A DNA stretch of 53,631 nucleotides from a virus (IMGVR_UViG_3300020042_009392:1-53631); one strand, 5' to 3'; positions 1-9,773 are shown, counted from the first letter of the stretch. Numbers and translations are program-made. The notes: generated by a model from the letters alone, not told the origin.

Positions 1-159
1 GAATTAGGTTATAATGGTATTTTTAATGATATCGATCCTAACCTATTAAAACAAATGGAGTGGTTTGGACATTTAACAAGTGGAAAAACACATCAAGATT
101 TCTTCGCAGGACGCGTGACTAGTTATTCAAAGTCAAACGCAGATTGGTCAGACCTTTAA
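1..159 (+). CDS. nrdB: Ribonucleotide reductase class I beta subunit, 3' end (partial)
   Basis: Frame 1 reads ELGYNGIF...HQDFFAGRVTSYSKSNADWSDL*, the typical R2 C-terminal DFF..R...Y tail, directly upstream of nrdA. Confidence 0.9.
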   Translation, partial: ELGYNGIFNDIDPNLLKQMEWFGHLTSGKTHQDFFAGRVTSYSKSNADWSDL

Positions 160-173
160 AATTAAATTATAAG

Positions 174-1898
174 ATGAGTATACAAGTAGACACCAGTACC
201 TGGGTTAAAGGTAAAGATTTTCCTTCTTGGATGGATGAGATAGCATTAAGTATGATTTCTAAAGGATATTTAATGCCTGATGAAGATGTATTTGGAGCAT
301 TTAAAAGAGTAAGTAAGGCAGCATCACGTAGATTAAGACGTAAAGACTTACAACCAATATTCTATGAAGCAATAGTAAAAAACTGGCTATGTTTAGCATC
401 CCCAGTATTATCAAATTTAGGTACTGAACGTGGAATGCCTATTTCATGTTTTGGTATTGATGTTGGTGATTCTATTGAAGGTATTGCTGATGCAAACTCA
501 GAATTAATGAGATTATCATCTCAAGGTGGTGGTGTTGGTATTGGAGTATCTCGTATTAGAGGTAGAGGTAAATCTATTAGAGATAATGGTGTGTCTGAAG
601 GTGTAGTGCCTTGGTGTAAAATTTATGACTCAACTATTCTTGCTACAAACCAAGGATCAGTTAGAAGAGGTGCAGCAAGTGTTAACCTAAGTATCAACCA
701 CCCAGATATTGAAGAATTCTTACAAATTCGCAGACCAAAAGGTGATGTTAATCGTCAATGTTTAAACTTACACCAGTGTGTTGTTATCGATGATACATTT
801 ATGGATAAGTTAGAAAATAAGGATGAACGTTCTATGCGTTTGTGGGGTGATATACTAAAAACACGTCTTGAAACTGGTGAACCTTATATCATGTTTGAAG
901 ATAATGTTAACAATGCAAACCCAGAAGGATATAAGAAGTTAAATCTTCATGTATCAATGACAAATATTTGCAGTGAGATTTCACTATACACAGACGAATT
1001 ACATTCATTTATTTGTTGTTTATCATCATTAAACTTAACACGTTGGGATGAATGGAAAGACTACAAATTTGAAAATGGTATGACATTACCAGAAGTAGTA
1101 TGTTGGTTCTTAGAAGGTGTATTACAAGAATTTATTGATAGAGCTAAGAACATTAAATTTATGGAAAACACAGTTCGCTCCGCTACTAAAGGTAGAGCAA
1201 TTGGAATTGGTGTTTTAGGATGGCATACATTACTACAATCAAAAGGAATACCATTTGCTAGTATCCAATCATCAGCTTTAACTAGAGTTATATCTGAATT
1301 CATCCAAACAGAAGCTTTAAAAGCATCGCGCGACCAAGCGGAACTATATGGAGAACCAGAATGGTGTAAAGGTACTGGATTAAGACATTCCCACCATTTA
1401 GCAATTGCACCAACGGTATCAAATGCTCATATCTCGGGAGGAGTATCACCATCGATTGAACCAATACCAGCGAATGTATATAACCTTAAAACAGCAAAAG
1501 GCGTATTCATTAAACGAAATAAAATTCTAGAAGAATTATTAGATAAAAAAGGATATAATATTGATAGTGTTTGGGATCAAATCCTAAAAGATCAAGGATC
1601 AGTAATTAATGTTCCTAGCTATATTTTAACTGATGAAGAAAAATCAGTATTCCTAACATTTAAAGAAATTAATCAATTAGAAATAGTAAAACAAAACGCT
1701 ATTAGACAACAATATATTGATCAAGCAATTTCATTAAATTTATGTTTTGATCCGAATGACACTCCAAAATGGATATCTCAAGTACATAAAGAGGCACATA
1801 AAGCTGGTATTAAAACATTATACTACTTACGTACTGAATCAGTATTGAGAGGAGACAATTTACAACGTTTATCTGAATGTGTATCTTGTGAAGGATAA
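174..1898 (+). CDS. nrdA: Ribonucleotide reductase class I alpha subunit, no ATP cone
   Basis: SCF, GGGVG, TNICSEI, APT, KTLYY motifs and C-terminal CVSC; start moved from TTG 144 (inside nrdB) to ATG 174. Confidence 0.95.
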   Translation: MSIQVDTSTWVKGKDFPSWMDEIALSMISKGYLMPDEDVFGAFKRVSKAASRRLRRKDLQPIFYEAIVKNWLCLASPVLSNLGTERGMPISCFGIDVGDSIEGIADANSELMRLSSQGGGVGIGVSRIRGRGKSIRDNGVSEGVVPWCKIYDSTILATNQGSVRRGAASVNLSINHPDIEEFLQIRRPKGDVNRQCLNLHQCVVIDDTFMDKLENKDERSMRLWGDILKTRLETGEPYIMFEDNVNNANPEGYKKLNLHVSMTNICSEISLYTDELHSFICCLSSLNLTRWDEWKDYKFENGMTLPEVVCWFLEGVLQEFIDRAKNIKFMENTVRSATKGRAIGIGVLGWHTLLQSKGIPFASIQSSALTRVISEFIQTEALKASRDQAELYGEPEWCKGTGLRHSHHLAIAPTVSNAHISGGVSPSIEPIPANVYNLKTAKGVFIKRNKILEELLDKKGYNIDSVWDQILKDQGSVINVPSYILTDEEKSVFLTFKEINQLEIVKQNAIRQQYIDQAISLNLCFDPNDTPKWISQVHKEAHKAGIKTLYYLRTESVLRGDNLQRLSECVSCEG

Positions 1899-2088
1899 TC
1901 AATTAAGAAACGGAGTTGATTACTATATAGAAGGTGAGCGCGTGATTTTCACTGCGCTCCCCCACATTAATAGAGGTAGCTGCTGTGGTGATCATTGCAG
2001 ACATTGTCCCTATGAACCAAGAGATACTAAAGGAAGGGTGGTATTGTCAGAGCAGATACTTAAATTCACTCCAAATAAGAAAAAATGA
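1879..2088 (+). CDS. Small Cys-rich protein (DUF5522-like)
   Basis: RGSCCGDHCRHCPY motif. Confidence 0.7.
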   Translation: MYLVKDNQLRNGVDYYIEGERVIFTALPHINRGSCCGDHCRHCPYEPRDTKGRVVLSEQILKFTPNKKK

Positions 2089-2288
2089 ACTTAATAGAAT
2101 TACTAAATAAAGCAGAACAAATCCAAACTAAATTAACAGAAGACGATGTTGATGTTACTTTATTAACTAAAGAGTTAGAAGAAATTATGGACCAAGTTTA
2201 TAGTATTATTGATGATGATAAAAACTGGGAGATAGTAAATCAAACAGAGTTAGACGAATTAAATAACGGAGAAATAGAAAATGAATAA
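2085..2288 (+). CDS. Hypothetical acidic protein
   Basis: ORF overlapping both neighbours; promoter-like motif just upstream. Confidence 0.6.
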   Translation: MNLIELLNKAEQIQTKLTEDDVDVTLLTKELEEIMDQVYSIIDDDKNWEIVNQTELDELNNGEIENE

Positions 2289-2499
2289 TAATATGAAACC
2301 AATTGAACAAGCCTTATACATTGTAGGACTATTAGCTCTAGCAGCTTTACTGTTTGGATTACCTTTACAATTTTTATGGAATCAACTAATACCAAGTATT
2401 TTTGGATTAAGACCTATTGGGTTTTGGGAAGCATGTGGGTTAAATCTAATGGCAGGGATCTTATTTAGATCAAATATTACAATAAAAAAAGATAAATAA
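2281..2499 (+). CDS. Small membrane protein
   Basis: Two hydrophobic segments, LWN..IP.IFGL..IGFWEA pattern. Confidence 0.65.
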   Translation: MNNNMKPIEQALYIVGLLALAALLFGLPLQFLWNQLIPSIFGLRPIGFWEACGLNLMAGILFRSNITIKKDK

Positions 2500-2500
2500 A

Positions 2501-2962
2501 ATGGCAAAGTTTCAATCAACAAAGTTGTTTGACGGTTTCAGTACAGTATTCCGTCAATGGAAAGCAGAAGGCACTCATTGTAGATTCCTTCATGGTTATG
2601 GTATTTCCTTCAGAGTATGGTTTGAAGGTGAATTAGATGAAAAGAATTGGGTATGGGATTTCGGAGGTATGAAACGTGCTAAAGGTAGTATTGATGGAAA
2701 AAATCCTAAAGAATGGATGGATTACATGTTTGATCATACTACAATCATAACGGGAGACGACCCAGCATTGGGTGGATTTAAAACAATGGGTGATCTTGGT
2801 ATTATTCAACTTAGAATATTGCCAGCGGTTGGCGCAGAACAGTTTGCAAAATATATTTTTGAAAAATTAAATACATTTGTTCAAGAAGAAACTAGTGGTA
2901 GGGTTAGTGTTGTAAGAGTAGAATTCATGGAAAACAACAAAAATACTGCTATATATGAGTAA
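2501..2962 (+). CDS. queD: 6-carboxy-5,6,7,8-tetrahydropterin synthase
   Basis: HCRFLHGY, WVWDFGG, FDHT, C-terminal ENNKN; que gene context. Confidence 0.9.
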   Translation: MAKFQSTKLFDGFSTVFRQWKAEGTHCRFLHGYGISFRVWFEGELDEKNWVWDFGGMKRAKGSIDGKNPKEWMDYMFDHTTIITGDDPALGGFKTMGDLGIIQLRILPAVGAEQFAKYIFEKLNTFVQEETSGRVSVVRVEFMENNKNTAIYE

Positions 2963-3242
2963 GAAACTAGATAAAAATCTAGAAAAAGCACGACGCAAAG
3001 CTCTTCGCAAAGAATATGAACAACAACCTCCTTATTATACTGAAGGGCATTGGGAGGAAGGTGTATTGGAAAATAATAGCTACTGGGATATTGATATACT
3101 AAATAAAGCTAATGCTAAAACAAATCAAGGTATTAAGTATTGGAAGGAAAGATACGCTAATGCCTCAGGGAATATGGGTAAGTGGTATTGTCAAATTAGA
3201 ATTGATATATTAAAGAAAAAACTAAAACACTATGAAAATTAG
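2955..3242 (+). CDS. Hypothetical protein in deazaguanine cluster
   Basis: ORF overlapping both queD and the TGT-like gene. Confidence 0.6.
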   Translation: MSKKLDKNLEKARRKALRKEYEQQPPYYTEGHWEEGVLENNSYWDIDILNKANAKTNQGIKYWKERYANASGNMGKWYCQIRIDILKKKLKHYEN

Positions 3243-4017
3243 TCATGAATTACCCTTAGCATTAATGCACTATGCATATAAATGGAATGATTATGATTAC
3301 TGTTTGCCTCATTTAATTGATCAGTACGATCAATATAAAATATTCTTTCAAAAGTCACGTTTAGATAAACGTTTCATTATTATGGATAATGGTTTATTTG
3401 AGGGTGTGTTACATACAACAGAAGACTTATTAGAAAAGATTAATTTAGTTCGTCCTGATATATTCATTGTACCGGATGCTTGGAATGATTCGGCAGCAAC
3501 AATTAGAAATGCTAAAAGTTGGATGATTAATTATAAACAACATTTACCTGAAGGAGTTAATTTAATGGCGGTATGTCAAGGAAAAGACATGGGTGAATTA
3601 ATTACAACATACCAAATATTAGTTGATTTAGGTTATACCCATATTGCATTTAACCATTCAAGCATTGCATACCAATATGAATATGAGGGAGTGGATCATT
3701 TAAAAGCAGCAATGTATGGTAGGATGGAATTTATTAGACGTTTAGTTGCATCCAATGTTATTAGAAAGTCACATTACCATCACTTACTGGGATGTTCATT
3801 ACCACAAGAGTTTATGTCATATAAAGATTGGACATTTATTAAATCAGTAGATACGTCTAATCCTATTTTAGTTGGAGCTGAAGGACAGAGATACACTGAT
3901 GGTGGTTTAACATGGAAACCAAAGGAAAAATTAGAGCATTACTTTGAGAAAGACTTGAGTGGGCAGGTAGAAGATATTATATTCAACGTACAACAATTCA
4001 GAAAATTTATAAAATAA
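3232..4017 (+). CDS. TGT-fold protein, candidate DpdA-like 7-deazaguanine transglycosylase
   Basis: Ordered motifs MDNG, VPD, VCQG, HLLG, SVDTS parallel the TGT/DpdA DSG, QG, HLLG and second catalytic Asp; sits between queD and queC. Confidence 0.65.
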   Translation: MKISHELPLALMHYAYKWNDYDYCLPHLIDQYDQYKIFFQKSRLDKRFIIMDNGLFEGVLHTTEDLLEKINLVRPDIFIVPDAWNDSAATIRNAKSWMINYKQHLPEGVNLMAVCQGKDMGELITTYQILVDLGYTHIAFNHSSIAYQYEYEGVDHLKAAMYGRMEFIRRLVASNVIRKSHYHHLLGCSLPQEFMSYKDWTFIKSVDTSNPILVGAEGQRYTDGGLTWKPKEKLEHYFEKDLSGQVEDIIFNVQQFRKFIK

Positions 4018-4024
4018 AAAAGTT

Positions 4025-4237
4025 ATGATAACAATGATTTCACTTTATGATTATTTAGGCAAACCAGCAGGTTCTGCTTTGGGCAAACAAGTACATGACT
4101 TCTCTAAGATTGTAAACGCGAGACGTGGTACTAAGGTTGTTGCTCATTCCCCATTTAAGAATGGCATTATTATTACCTATGAAAAACCGTTTTTAGATCA
4201 GTTTTTCAAGATTAAAGCATTATTCAACAACGCTTAA
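4025..4237 (+). CDS. Hypothetical protein
   Basis: ORF (SLYDYLGKPAG) in operon context. Confidence 0.6.
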   Translation: MITMISLYDYLGKPAGSALGKQVHDFSKIVNARRGTKVVAHSPFKNGIIITYEKPFLDQFFKIKALFNNA

Positions 4238-4289
4238 ACGGGAGTAAGCGTTTAATAAATAAATACGATCCCAAATAAATTCATTTAGA

Positions 4290-5201
4290 ATGAAAAAAGC
4301 AGTTTTATCATTATCAGGTGGTATGGACAGTAGTTCATTATTGTTACACCTATTAGCTAGTGGCTATGAAGTAACAGCATTAGGTTTCGATTATGGTCAG
4401 AAACACAAAGTGGAATTAGAGCGTGCTACATCATTAGTAGAGTACATCAATTCTAATCCATTAAGAGTATTTCATCATGATCACGCTCCAAACGGGTTTG
4501 AAGAGTTCTATCCAAAAGTAAATTTTCAAATTATTAAACTAGATGGTTTATCACAATTACTAAACTCAGCTTTAGTAACAGGTGGATCTGATGTACCAGA
4601 AGGGCATTACGAACAGGACAACATGAAAGAAACAGTTGTACCTAATCGTAATAAAATATTTGCTTCGTTGATTCAAGCAGTAGCACTTTCACTTGCAACT
4701 AAGAATATTGGAGATGATTGTGCTGTAGGAGATTCAGTAGCAATCGCAATGGGTATTCATGCCGGTGATCATGCAATTTATCCTGATTGCAGACAAGAGT
4801 TCCGCGATGCTGATTTTGAAGCATTCAAAATTGGTAACTGGGATTCTGAATTAGTATACCATTACACTCCATATCTTGAGTTAAATAAATTTGATATTTT
4901 AGAGGATGGGCAAAGATCTTGTGGTATCTTGAATCTCGATTTTGATGAAGTATATAAGCGTACTAATACATCTTATAAACCAATCTTTATTAAAGCTTTA
5001 CTTGATAGTGAAGGAGAAGTTATAGAATGGGGAGGGTGGTATTCTGATTACAAATCAGCTGCATCAGTAGAGCGTATTGAAGCATTCATTAGATTAGGAC
5101 AACCTGATCCTGTAGCATATGCTGACGAAACAGGTCCTGTAACATGGGAAGTAGCTAAGGCTCATGTTGAAGAAGTATTAGCGCAACACAGTAAACAATA
5201 A
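4290..5201 (+). CDS. queC: 7-cyano-7-deazaguanine synthase, variant lacking the C-terminal Zn cysteines
   Basis: SGGMDS, FDYGQKH, VVPNRN, HAGDHAIYPDCR motifs. Confidence 0.92.
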   Translation: MKKAVLSLSGGMDSSSLLLHLLASGYEVTALGFDYGQKHKVELERATSLVEYINSNPLRVFHHDHAPNGFEEFYPKVNFQIIKLDGLSQLLNSALVTGGSDVPEGHYEQDNMKETVVPNRNKIFASLIQAVALSLATKNIGDDCAVGDSVAIAMGIHAGDHAIYPDCRQEFRDADFEAFKIGNWDSELVYHYTPYLELNKFDILEDGQRSCGILNLDFDEVYKRTNTSYKPIFIKALLDSEGEVIEWGGWYSDYKSAASVERIEAFIRLGQPDPVAYADETGPVTWEVAKAHVEEVLAQHSKQ

Positions 5202-5214
5202 ATCAAATATAGTT

Positions 5215-5451
5215 ATGAGTTATCAAACTAAAGTTCGTGCGAACTATTTAAACCGCACAGCAAAATTGTCATTCTTTACTCACCGTCAACGCACTGGTGA
5301 TTTAACAAGATTAGCAGAAGAAACAGGCTATTCAGTTGGCCATTTATCAAACGTAACAAGTTTGAAGCGTAGAGTAAATAATGATATTGCAAACGCAATG
5401 TATAATTTGACTCGTCGTCGTGTTAAAAACACAGAATTAGCAACTGCTTAA
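5215..5451 (+). CDS. Small basic helix-turn-helix protein
   Basis: GDLTRLAEETGYSVGHLSNV HTH-like pattern, Arg-rich. Confidence 0.6.
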   Translation: MSYQTKVRANYLNRTAKLSFFTHRQRTGDLTRLAEETGYSVGHLSNVTSLKRRVNNDIANAMYNLTRRRVKNTELATA

Positions 5452-5463
5452 TTCTACTACCCC

Positions 5464-5506
5464 AACATCTCCCTTGTCTACGGATGGGGGAGATGTTTTT
5501 TATTTT
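5464..5506 (+). terminator. Intrinsic terminator
   Basis: AACATCTCCC...GGGAGATGTT stem followed by a T-run, just after the HTH gene. Confidence 0.75.
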
Positions 5507-5512
5507 AAAACT

Positions 5513-6358
5513 ATGAAAATATTAGTAACTGGAGGAGCTGGATTTATTGGTTCAAATCTAATAGTAAAACTGCTTGAAGAAGGACACACAGTAGTATCTT
5601 TAGATAATTACGATAGTGGATCAGAAGATAACGAAATTGAGGGTTGCCACTATCATTCAGGTGATATTGAGCAAGTATCATTAATGGATAAAGATTTTAA
5701 AATAATCTACCATCTAGCAGCACTAAGCAGAATACAACCTTCATTTGAGAATCCATCAGAAACTTTTAGAGTAAACACAATAGGCACTCAAGCTGTTTGT
5801 GACTTTGCAAAACAGATAGGTGCTAAATTAATATATGCTGGGTCATCTTCTCGATGGCATAACCCACATAGATCTCCATATGCATGTTACAAATACATCG
5901 GAGAAGAAATTTGTAAAATGTATAAAGAGGTTTATGAATTAAATGTTGAAATAGTTAGATTTTATAACGTTTATGGTCCTAAAGAAATTACTGAAGGAGA
6001 TTGGGCAGCAGTTATAGGTAGATGGAGAGGACAGATTAAGAAAAATCATCCAATCACAATTATTGGTGATGGTAAGCAAAAAAGAGATTTTACTCATGTG
6101 GATGATATAGTAGAAGGTCTTTATAAAATAGGTTTAACATATCATAAACAAAACGATGCTTGGGAATTAGGAACAGGTAAAAACTATTCTATAAACGAAG
6201 TAGCAGATATGTTTATCAAAAGATTTAATTGTGTAAAAGTACACATGTCAGATCAAAAAGGAAATTACAGAGAAACTTTACGTAAAAACGATTACGCATT
6301 GGAAAAACTAATATGGAAACCAAAAGATAGATTAGAACAATATATTAAATCATTATAA
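5513..6358 (+). CDS. NAD-dependent nucleotide-sugar epimerase/dehydratase
   Basis: TGGAGFIG, HLAA, YACYK (YxxxK), RFYNVYG, RDFTHVDD; start moved to ATG 5513. Confidence 0.9.
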   Translation: MKILVTGGAGFIGSNLIVKLLEEGHTVVSLDNYDSGSEDNEIEGCHYHSGDIEQVSLMDKDFKIIYHLAALSRIQPSFENPSETFRVNTIGTQAVCDFAKQIGAKLIYAGSSSRWHNPHRSPYACYKYIGEEICKMYKEVYELNVEIVRFYNVYGPKEITEGDWAAVIGRWRGQIKKNHPITIIGDGKQKRDFTHVDDIVEGLYKIGLTYHKQNDAWELGTGKNYSINEVADMFIKRFNCVKVHMSDQKGNYRETLRKNDYALEKLIWKPKDRLEQYIKSL

Positions 6359-6359
6359 C

Positions 6360-6482
6360 ATGCATGAAATAATTCACGTATTAGGATTTTGTGGAGATAG
6401 ACACCCAAATATTATGTTCATTATATTGGAATGGCATAATTTTAATTCTATATTTAATTATATAAAAACAATATTCAAATGA
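6360..6482 (+). CDS. 40-aa small ORF not in the ORF track
   Basis: MHEIIHVLGFCGDRHPNIMFIILEWHNFNSIFNYIKTIFK*; fills the gap, ATGA overlap with queE. Confidence 0.55.
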   Translation: MHEIIHVLGFCGDRHPNIMFIILEWHNFNSIFNYIKTIFK

Positions 6483-7357
6483 GTAAAATTGATCCAAATA
6501 AATTAATGATTAGTAGTGATTTCTACACTATACAAGGAGAAGGTATATCGTCAGGTGTTCCTTCATATTTCGTACGTTTTGGTATTTGCAACTTAACTTG
6601 TGGTATGTCTCGTGCATTCACAAACATGTTAGCTAAAGAACAAAAACTAGAAGATGGAGAGGTATTTGAAGGTGATTTAGTTAAGGAAGGTAAAGCTACC
6701 TGGACTTGCGATTCTACATCTCAGTGGTTATGGAGAGGTGTAGATAAAGATTTCCAATATCTAATTGATAGATGGAAAGAAGAAGGTGTATATGAGGATA
6801 TCTTGAAAGGTGATGTTCATATCATTTGGACTGGTGGTGAACCTACAATTAAAGGACACCAAGTATCTATCGTTAATTTTCTTAAATACTTAACTGAAAC
6901 TTTACCTGGATATCAACCATCAGACTTAGGAAGTTGGTTACCATGTTACAATGCTAATTTTAAGATATTTAATGAAATTGAAACTAATGGTACAATAGTA
7001 ATTGATGAACCTTTATTTGAGGTATTAGACCAAATTAACTGCTCTCCAAAATTAGCTAACTCAGGTATGACTGAGAAACAACGTATTGTCCCTGCTGCTA
7101 TTAAACGTATTATGGAACATGGTAACTATCAGTTTAAATTCGTTATAAGCACCGAAGATGATGTATTAGAATTATTCCGTGACTTTGTAGAACCATTTAA
7201 TATACCGCTTAAAAACGTTGTTTGTATGCCTGGTTTAGATGATGCTGCTGAATTTGAAGAGCGTACTCGATTCTGTTTAGAAATGGCTAAGAAATATCGT
7301 TTCCGTGGTTTAACAAGATTGCATATTGCCGCTTGGGATAAAACAATAAATGTATAA
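6479..7357 (+). CDS. queE: 7-carboxy-7-deazaguanine synthase (radical SAM)
   Basis: FYTIQGEG, FVRFGICNLTC...WTCDS, TGGEP, ETNGT, SPK, RLH. Confidence 0.92.
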   Translation: MSKIDPNKLMISSDFYTIQGEGISSGVPSYFVRFGICNLTCGMSRAFTNMLAKEQKLEDGEVFEGDLVKEGKATWTCDSTSQWLWRGVDKDFQYLIDRWKEEGVYEDILKGDVHIIWTGGEPTIKGHQVSIVNFLKYLTETLPGYQPSDLGSWLPCYNANFKIFNEIETNGTIVIDEPLFEVLDQINCSPKLANSGMTEKQRIVPAAIKRIMEHGNYQFKFVISTEDDVLELFRDFVEPFNIPLKNVVCMPGLDDAAEFEERTRFCLEMAKKYRFRGLTRLHIAAWDKTINV

Positions 7358-7358
7358 T

Positions 7359-7454
7359 ATGGAAATGTTAATTATATTAGGATATGTTATAATAGCTACA
7401 CTAGCTGTGTTTGGTACTATAGATATGATTAGACAAACAAATAAAATAAAATAA
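7359..7454 (+). CDS. 31-aa single-TM peptide not in the ORF track
   Basis: MEMLIILGYVIIATLAVFGTIDMIRQTNKIK*; fills the gap exactly. Confidence 0.5.
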   Translation: MEMLIILGYVIIATLAVFGTIDMIRQTNKIK

Positions 7455-7455
7455 T

Positions 7456-7692
7456 ATGGAAAAAGATCATTGCATGCTTTGTAAGGTAGAAACCGCTTAT
7501 GATAAAGATACTCATATTGATATGAGAATGGGTTATATTGAAGGATTTGGGCAATTGTGTCCTAGTTGTTATGATAAAGGTAGTGTTCATAAATCCATAT
7601 TAGTACCCGAATATATTATTAATGGTACTCCAAATAATAATGAGTTAGGGGCAAAAGTAAGACAATTATATTGGGATGTCAAATCTCTTTAA
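7456..7692 (+). CDS. Small putative Zn-binding protein
   Basis: CMLC...GQLCPSC pairs. Confidence 0.6.
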   Translation: MEKDHCMLCKVETAYDKDTHIDMRMGYIEGFGQLCPSCYDKGSVHKSILVPEYIINGTPNNNELGAKVRQLYWDVKSL

Positions 7693-7716
7693 TTATATTA
7701 AAAATAAAAATAAAAT

Positions 7717-8349
7717 ATGAAATTATTAGAAAAATCAAATGGTAATCTAGCTCGCACACCAGAAGAAATTGAGCAAATGATTGCAAATGCTTCTGAAGCA
7801 TATGCTCAGTTCCTTACAGCAGTTGGATTTGATTATAAGGCTGATCGCCAAACGGTAGATACACCTCGTCGTGTTGCTAAAGCATGGTTAAAAGATTTGA
7901 TTGTAGGTTCTATTACTGATGAACCAAATATTACAGTATTCCCTAACGATGAAGGATATGATGGGTTAGTAATCCAATCAGGTATTCCTATTGTTAGTAT
8001 GTGTGCTCATCACAATTTAGCATTTACAGGTTATGCTACAGTAGCATATGTTCCTGCTGAAAATGTTATTGGTTTAAGTAAATTAAATAGAATTGTAGAA
8101 TGGTTTACTCGCAGACCACAAATGCAAGAATCATTAACAACACAAATTCATGATTACATTGCTGATAAAATGGAATGTGGGTCAGTAGCAGTTAGTATTG
8201 CTTGTAAACATACATGTTGCTCACATAGAGGTATTAAACATGGTTCTGTAATGACCACAAATAAATTTAGTGGTGTATTTATGGAAAAAGACAATTTAAT
8301 TAGAGAAGAATTCTTACACGCAATCGAAGTAAATGGAGCAAAATTTTAA
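7717..8349 (+). CDS. folE: GTP cyclohydrolase I
   Basis: TPRRVAK, SMCAHH, GLSKLNR, RPQMQESLT, HTCCSHRG. Confidence 0.95.
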   Translation: MKLLEKSNGNLARTPEEIEQMIANASEAYAQFLTAVGFDYKADRQTVDTPRRVAKAWLKDLIVGSITDEPNITVFPNDEGYDGLVIQSGIPIVSMCAHHNLAFTGYATVAYVPAENVIGLSKLNRIVEWFTRRPQMQESLTTQIHDYIADKMECGSVAVSIACKHTCCSHRGIKHGSVMTTNKFSGVFMEKDNLIREEFLHAIEVNGAKF

Positions 8350-8359
8350 ATTATAAATT

Positions 8360-8668
8360 ATGAGTTTTATTATTGGGAAATCATGCGTTGACTGTATGGA
8401 TACAGCTTGTGCTAACGCTTGTCCTGTTGATTGTATTCACGGACCTATAACTGTAGGAGGATCAGGAGCGGAAGTAGCAGCACAAGGCAAAGAAGCATTC
8501 CCAGGTGGACAATTATATATAGACCCAGACACTTGTATCAATTGTGGTGCTTGTGTTCCTGAATGTCCTGTTAGTGCAATCTATGAAGATGAAGACATTG
8601 CAATTAAAGCAGGTGATGAAATATCAGTACATAAAAATTATGAGTTCTTTGGTTTAAAATATGCATAA
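8360..8668 (+). CDS. Dicluster Fe-S ferredoxin
   Basis: CVDCMDTACANACPVDCI and CINCGACVPECPV. Confidence 0.9.
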   Translation: MSFIIGKSCVDCMDTACANACPVDCIHGPITVGGSGAEVAAQGKEAFPGGQLYIDPDTCINCGACVPECPVSAIYEDEDIAIKAGDEISVHKNYEFFGLKYA

Positions 8669-9084
8669 TGGTAACGCAAAATACAAATAAAAAATTTATT
8701 ACCTGGGAATACATTGATGCTGCTATAGATAATATAGCGGCTCAAGTATTATCCAGTGATCATCCAATCAAATATGTTTATGGTATGCCTCGAGGAGGAT
8801 TAATTCCAACAGTAATATTATCTCATAAATTAAATATCCCTCTATTTACACCAGGGATGGTATTAAATTATACAACATTGGTAGTAGATGATATTTGTGA
8901 TTCTGGTACAACAATGTACAATTATTGGAAATATAGCATTCCCTTCGCAACAATTCATACTAAATTAACAGCATCTGTTCAACCAACATTCCATTATGAA
9001 GTAGTGGAAGATGATTGGATCGTATATCCATGGGAGAGAGCAGATTCAGAAACAATTCAAGACTATGCAAAAAAAGGAAAGTAA
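8668..9084 (+). CDS. Type I purine phosphoribosyltransferase (Gpt-like)
   Basis: PRGG, PRPP loop LVVDDICDSGTT, WIVYPWE. Confidence 0.9.
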   Translation: MVTQNTNKKFITWEYIDAAIDNIAAQVLSSDHPIKYVYGMPRGGLIPTVILSHKLNIPLFTPGMVLNYTTLVVDDICDSGTTMYNYWKYSIPFATIHTKLTASVQPTFHYEVVEDDWIVYPWERADSETIQDYAKKGK

Positions 9085-9226
9085 AACAAACACACACTTT
9101 ATTCTTAGTATGATTAAAAGTGTTATTAGATTAGGAGCTTGTGTCCTTTTAGGATATAATTTAATACCACAAGCCGCTTTCACATTAGCCTTAGCAGAAA
9201 TGTTAGGCATTATTGAAGAATTATAA
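9065..9226 (+). CDS. Small membrane protein
   Basis: Hydrophobic 53 aa from ATG 9065, ending LGIIEEL. Confidence 0.55.
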   Translation: MQKKESKTNTHFILSMIKSVIRLGACVLLGYNLIPQAAFTLALAEMLGIIEEL

Positions 9227-9236
9227 AATATAAATT

Positions 9237-9773
9237 ATGTTAAACGCAGAACAAATTATTGAGCAAGGACTACTTAAGTTAGAAAACACTAAAGGTAAGC
9301 CTGCTCAAGTAGGTTACGATCTTAGTCTTAAATCAGTACAAAAAGTAGGAAATAAGATTGGGGGTGGAGTTTATAACCTATCAAAAGGTAGTAAAATAGG
9401 TAAAGTATTAAAAGATAAAACCGAATTAACTACATACACCCCTCTAAATACTATAAAATTAGATGGTGCTGAAGGATGGTTATTGTATGAAGGTATATAT
9501 GATGTTACCTTTAATGAAGGTTGTAAAATCCCAAATAATAGAGTAGCATTCATCAAACAACGATCATCATTGTATCGTAACGGAGCAATTATTAATAGTC
9601 CCGTATTTGACCCAGGATTTGAAACTGAAAATATGGGTACTATATTATATGTTTATGAAACAATATTCATTGAACAGGATGCTCGCGTAGCACAAATTTA
9701 TTTCCATAAATGTGACTCTGCCGAAGAATATAACGGGCAGTGGCAAGGCGATAAACAAAGAAGTTCATTATAA
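9237..9773 (+). CDS. Trimeric dCTP deaminase/dUTPase family protein
   Basis: GYDL, RSSLYR, DPGF, RVAQI, YNGQWQ. Confidence 0.85.
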   Translation: MLNAEQIIEQGLLKLENTKGKPAQVGYDLSLKSVQKVGNKIGGGVYNLSKGSKIGKVLKDKTELTTYTPLNTIKLDGAEGWLLYEGIYDVTFNEGCKIPNNRVAFIKQRSSLYRNGAIINSPVFDPGFETENMGTILYVYETIFIEQDARVAQIYFHKCDSAEEYNGQWQGDKQRSSL

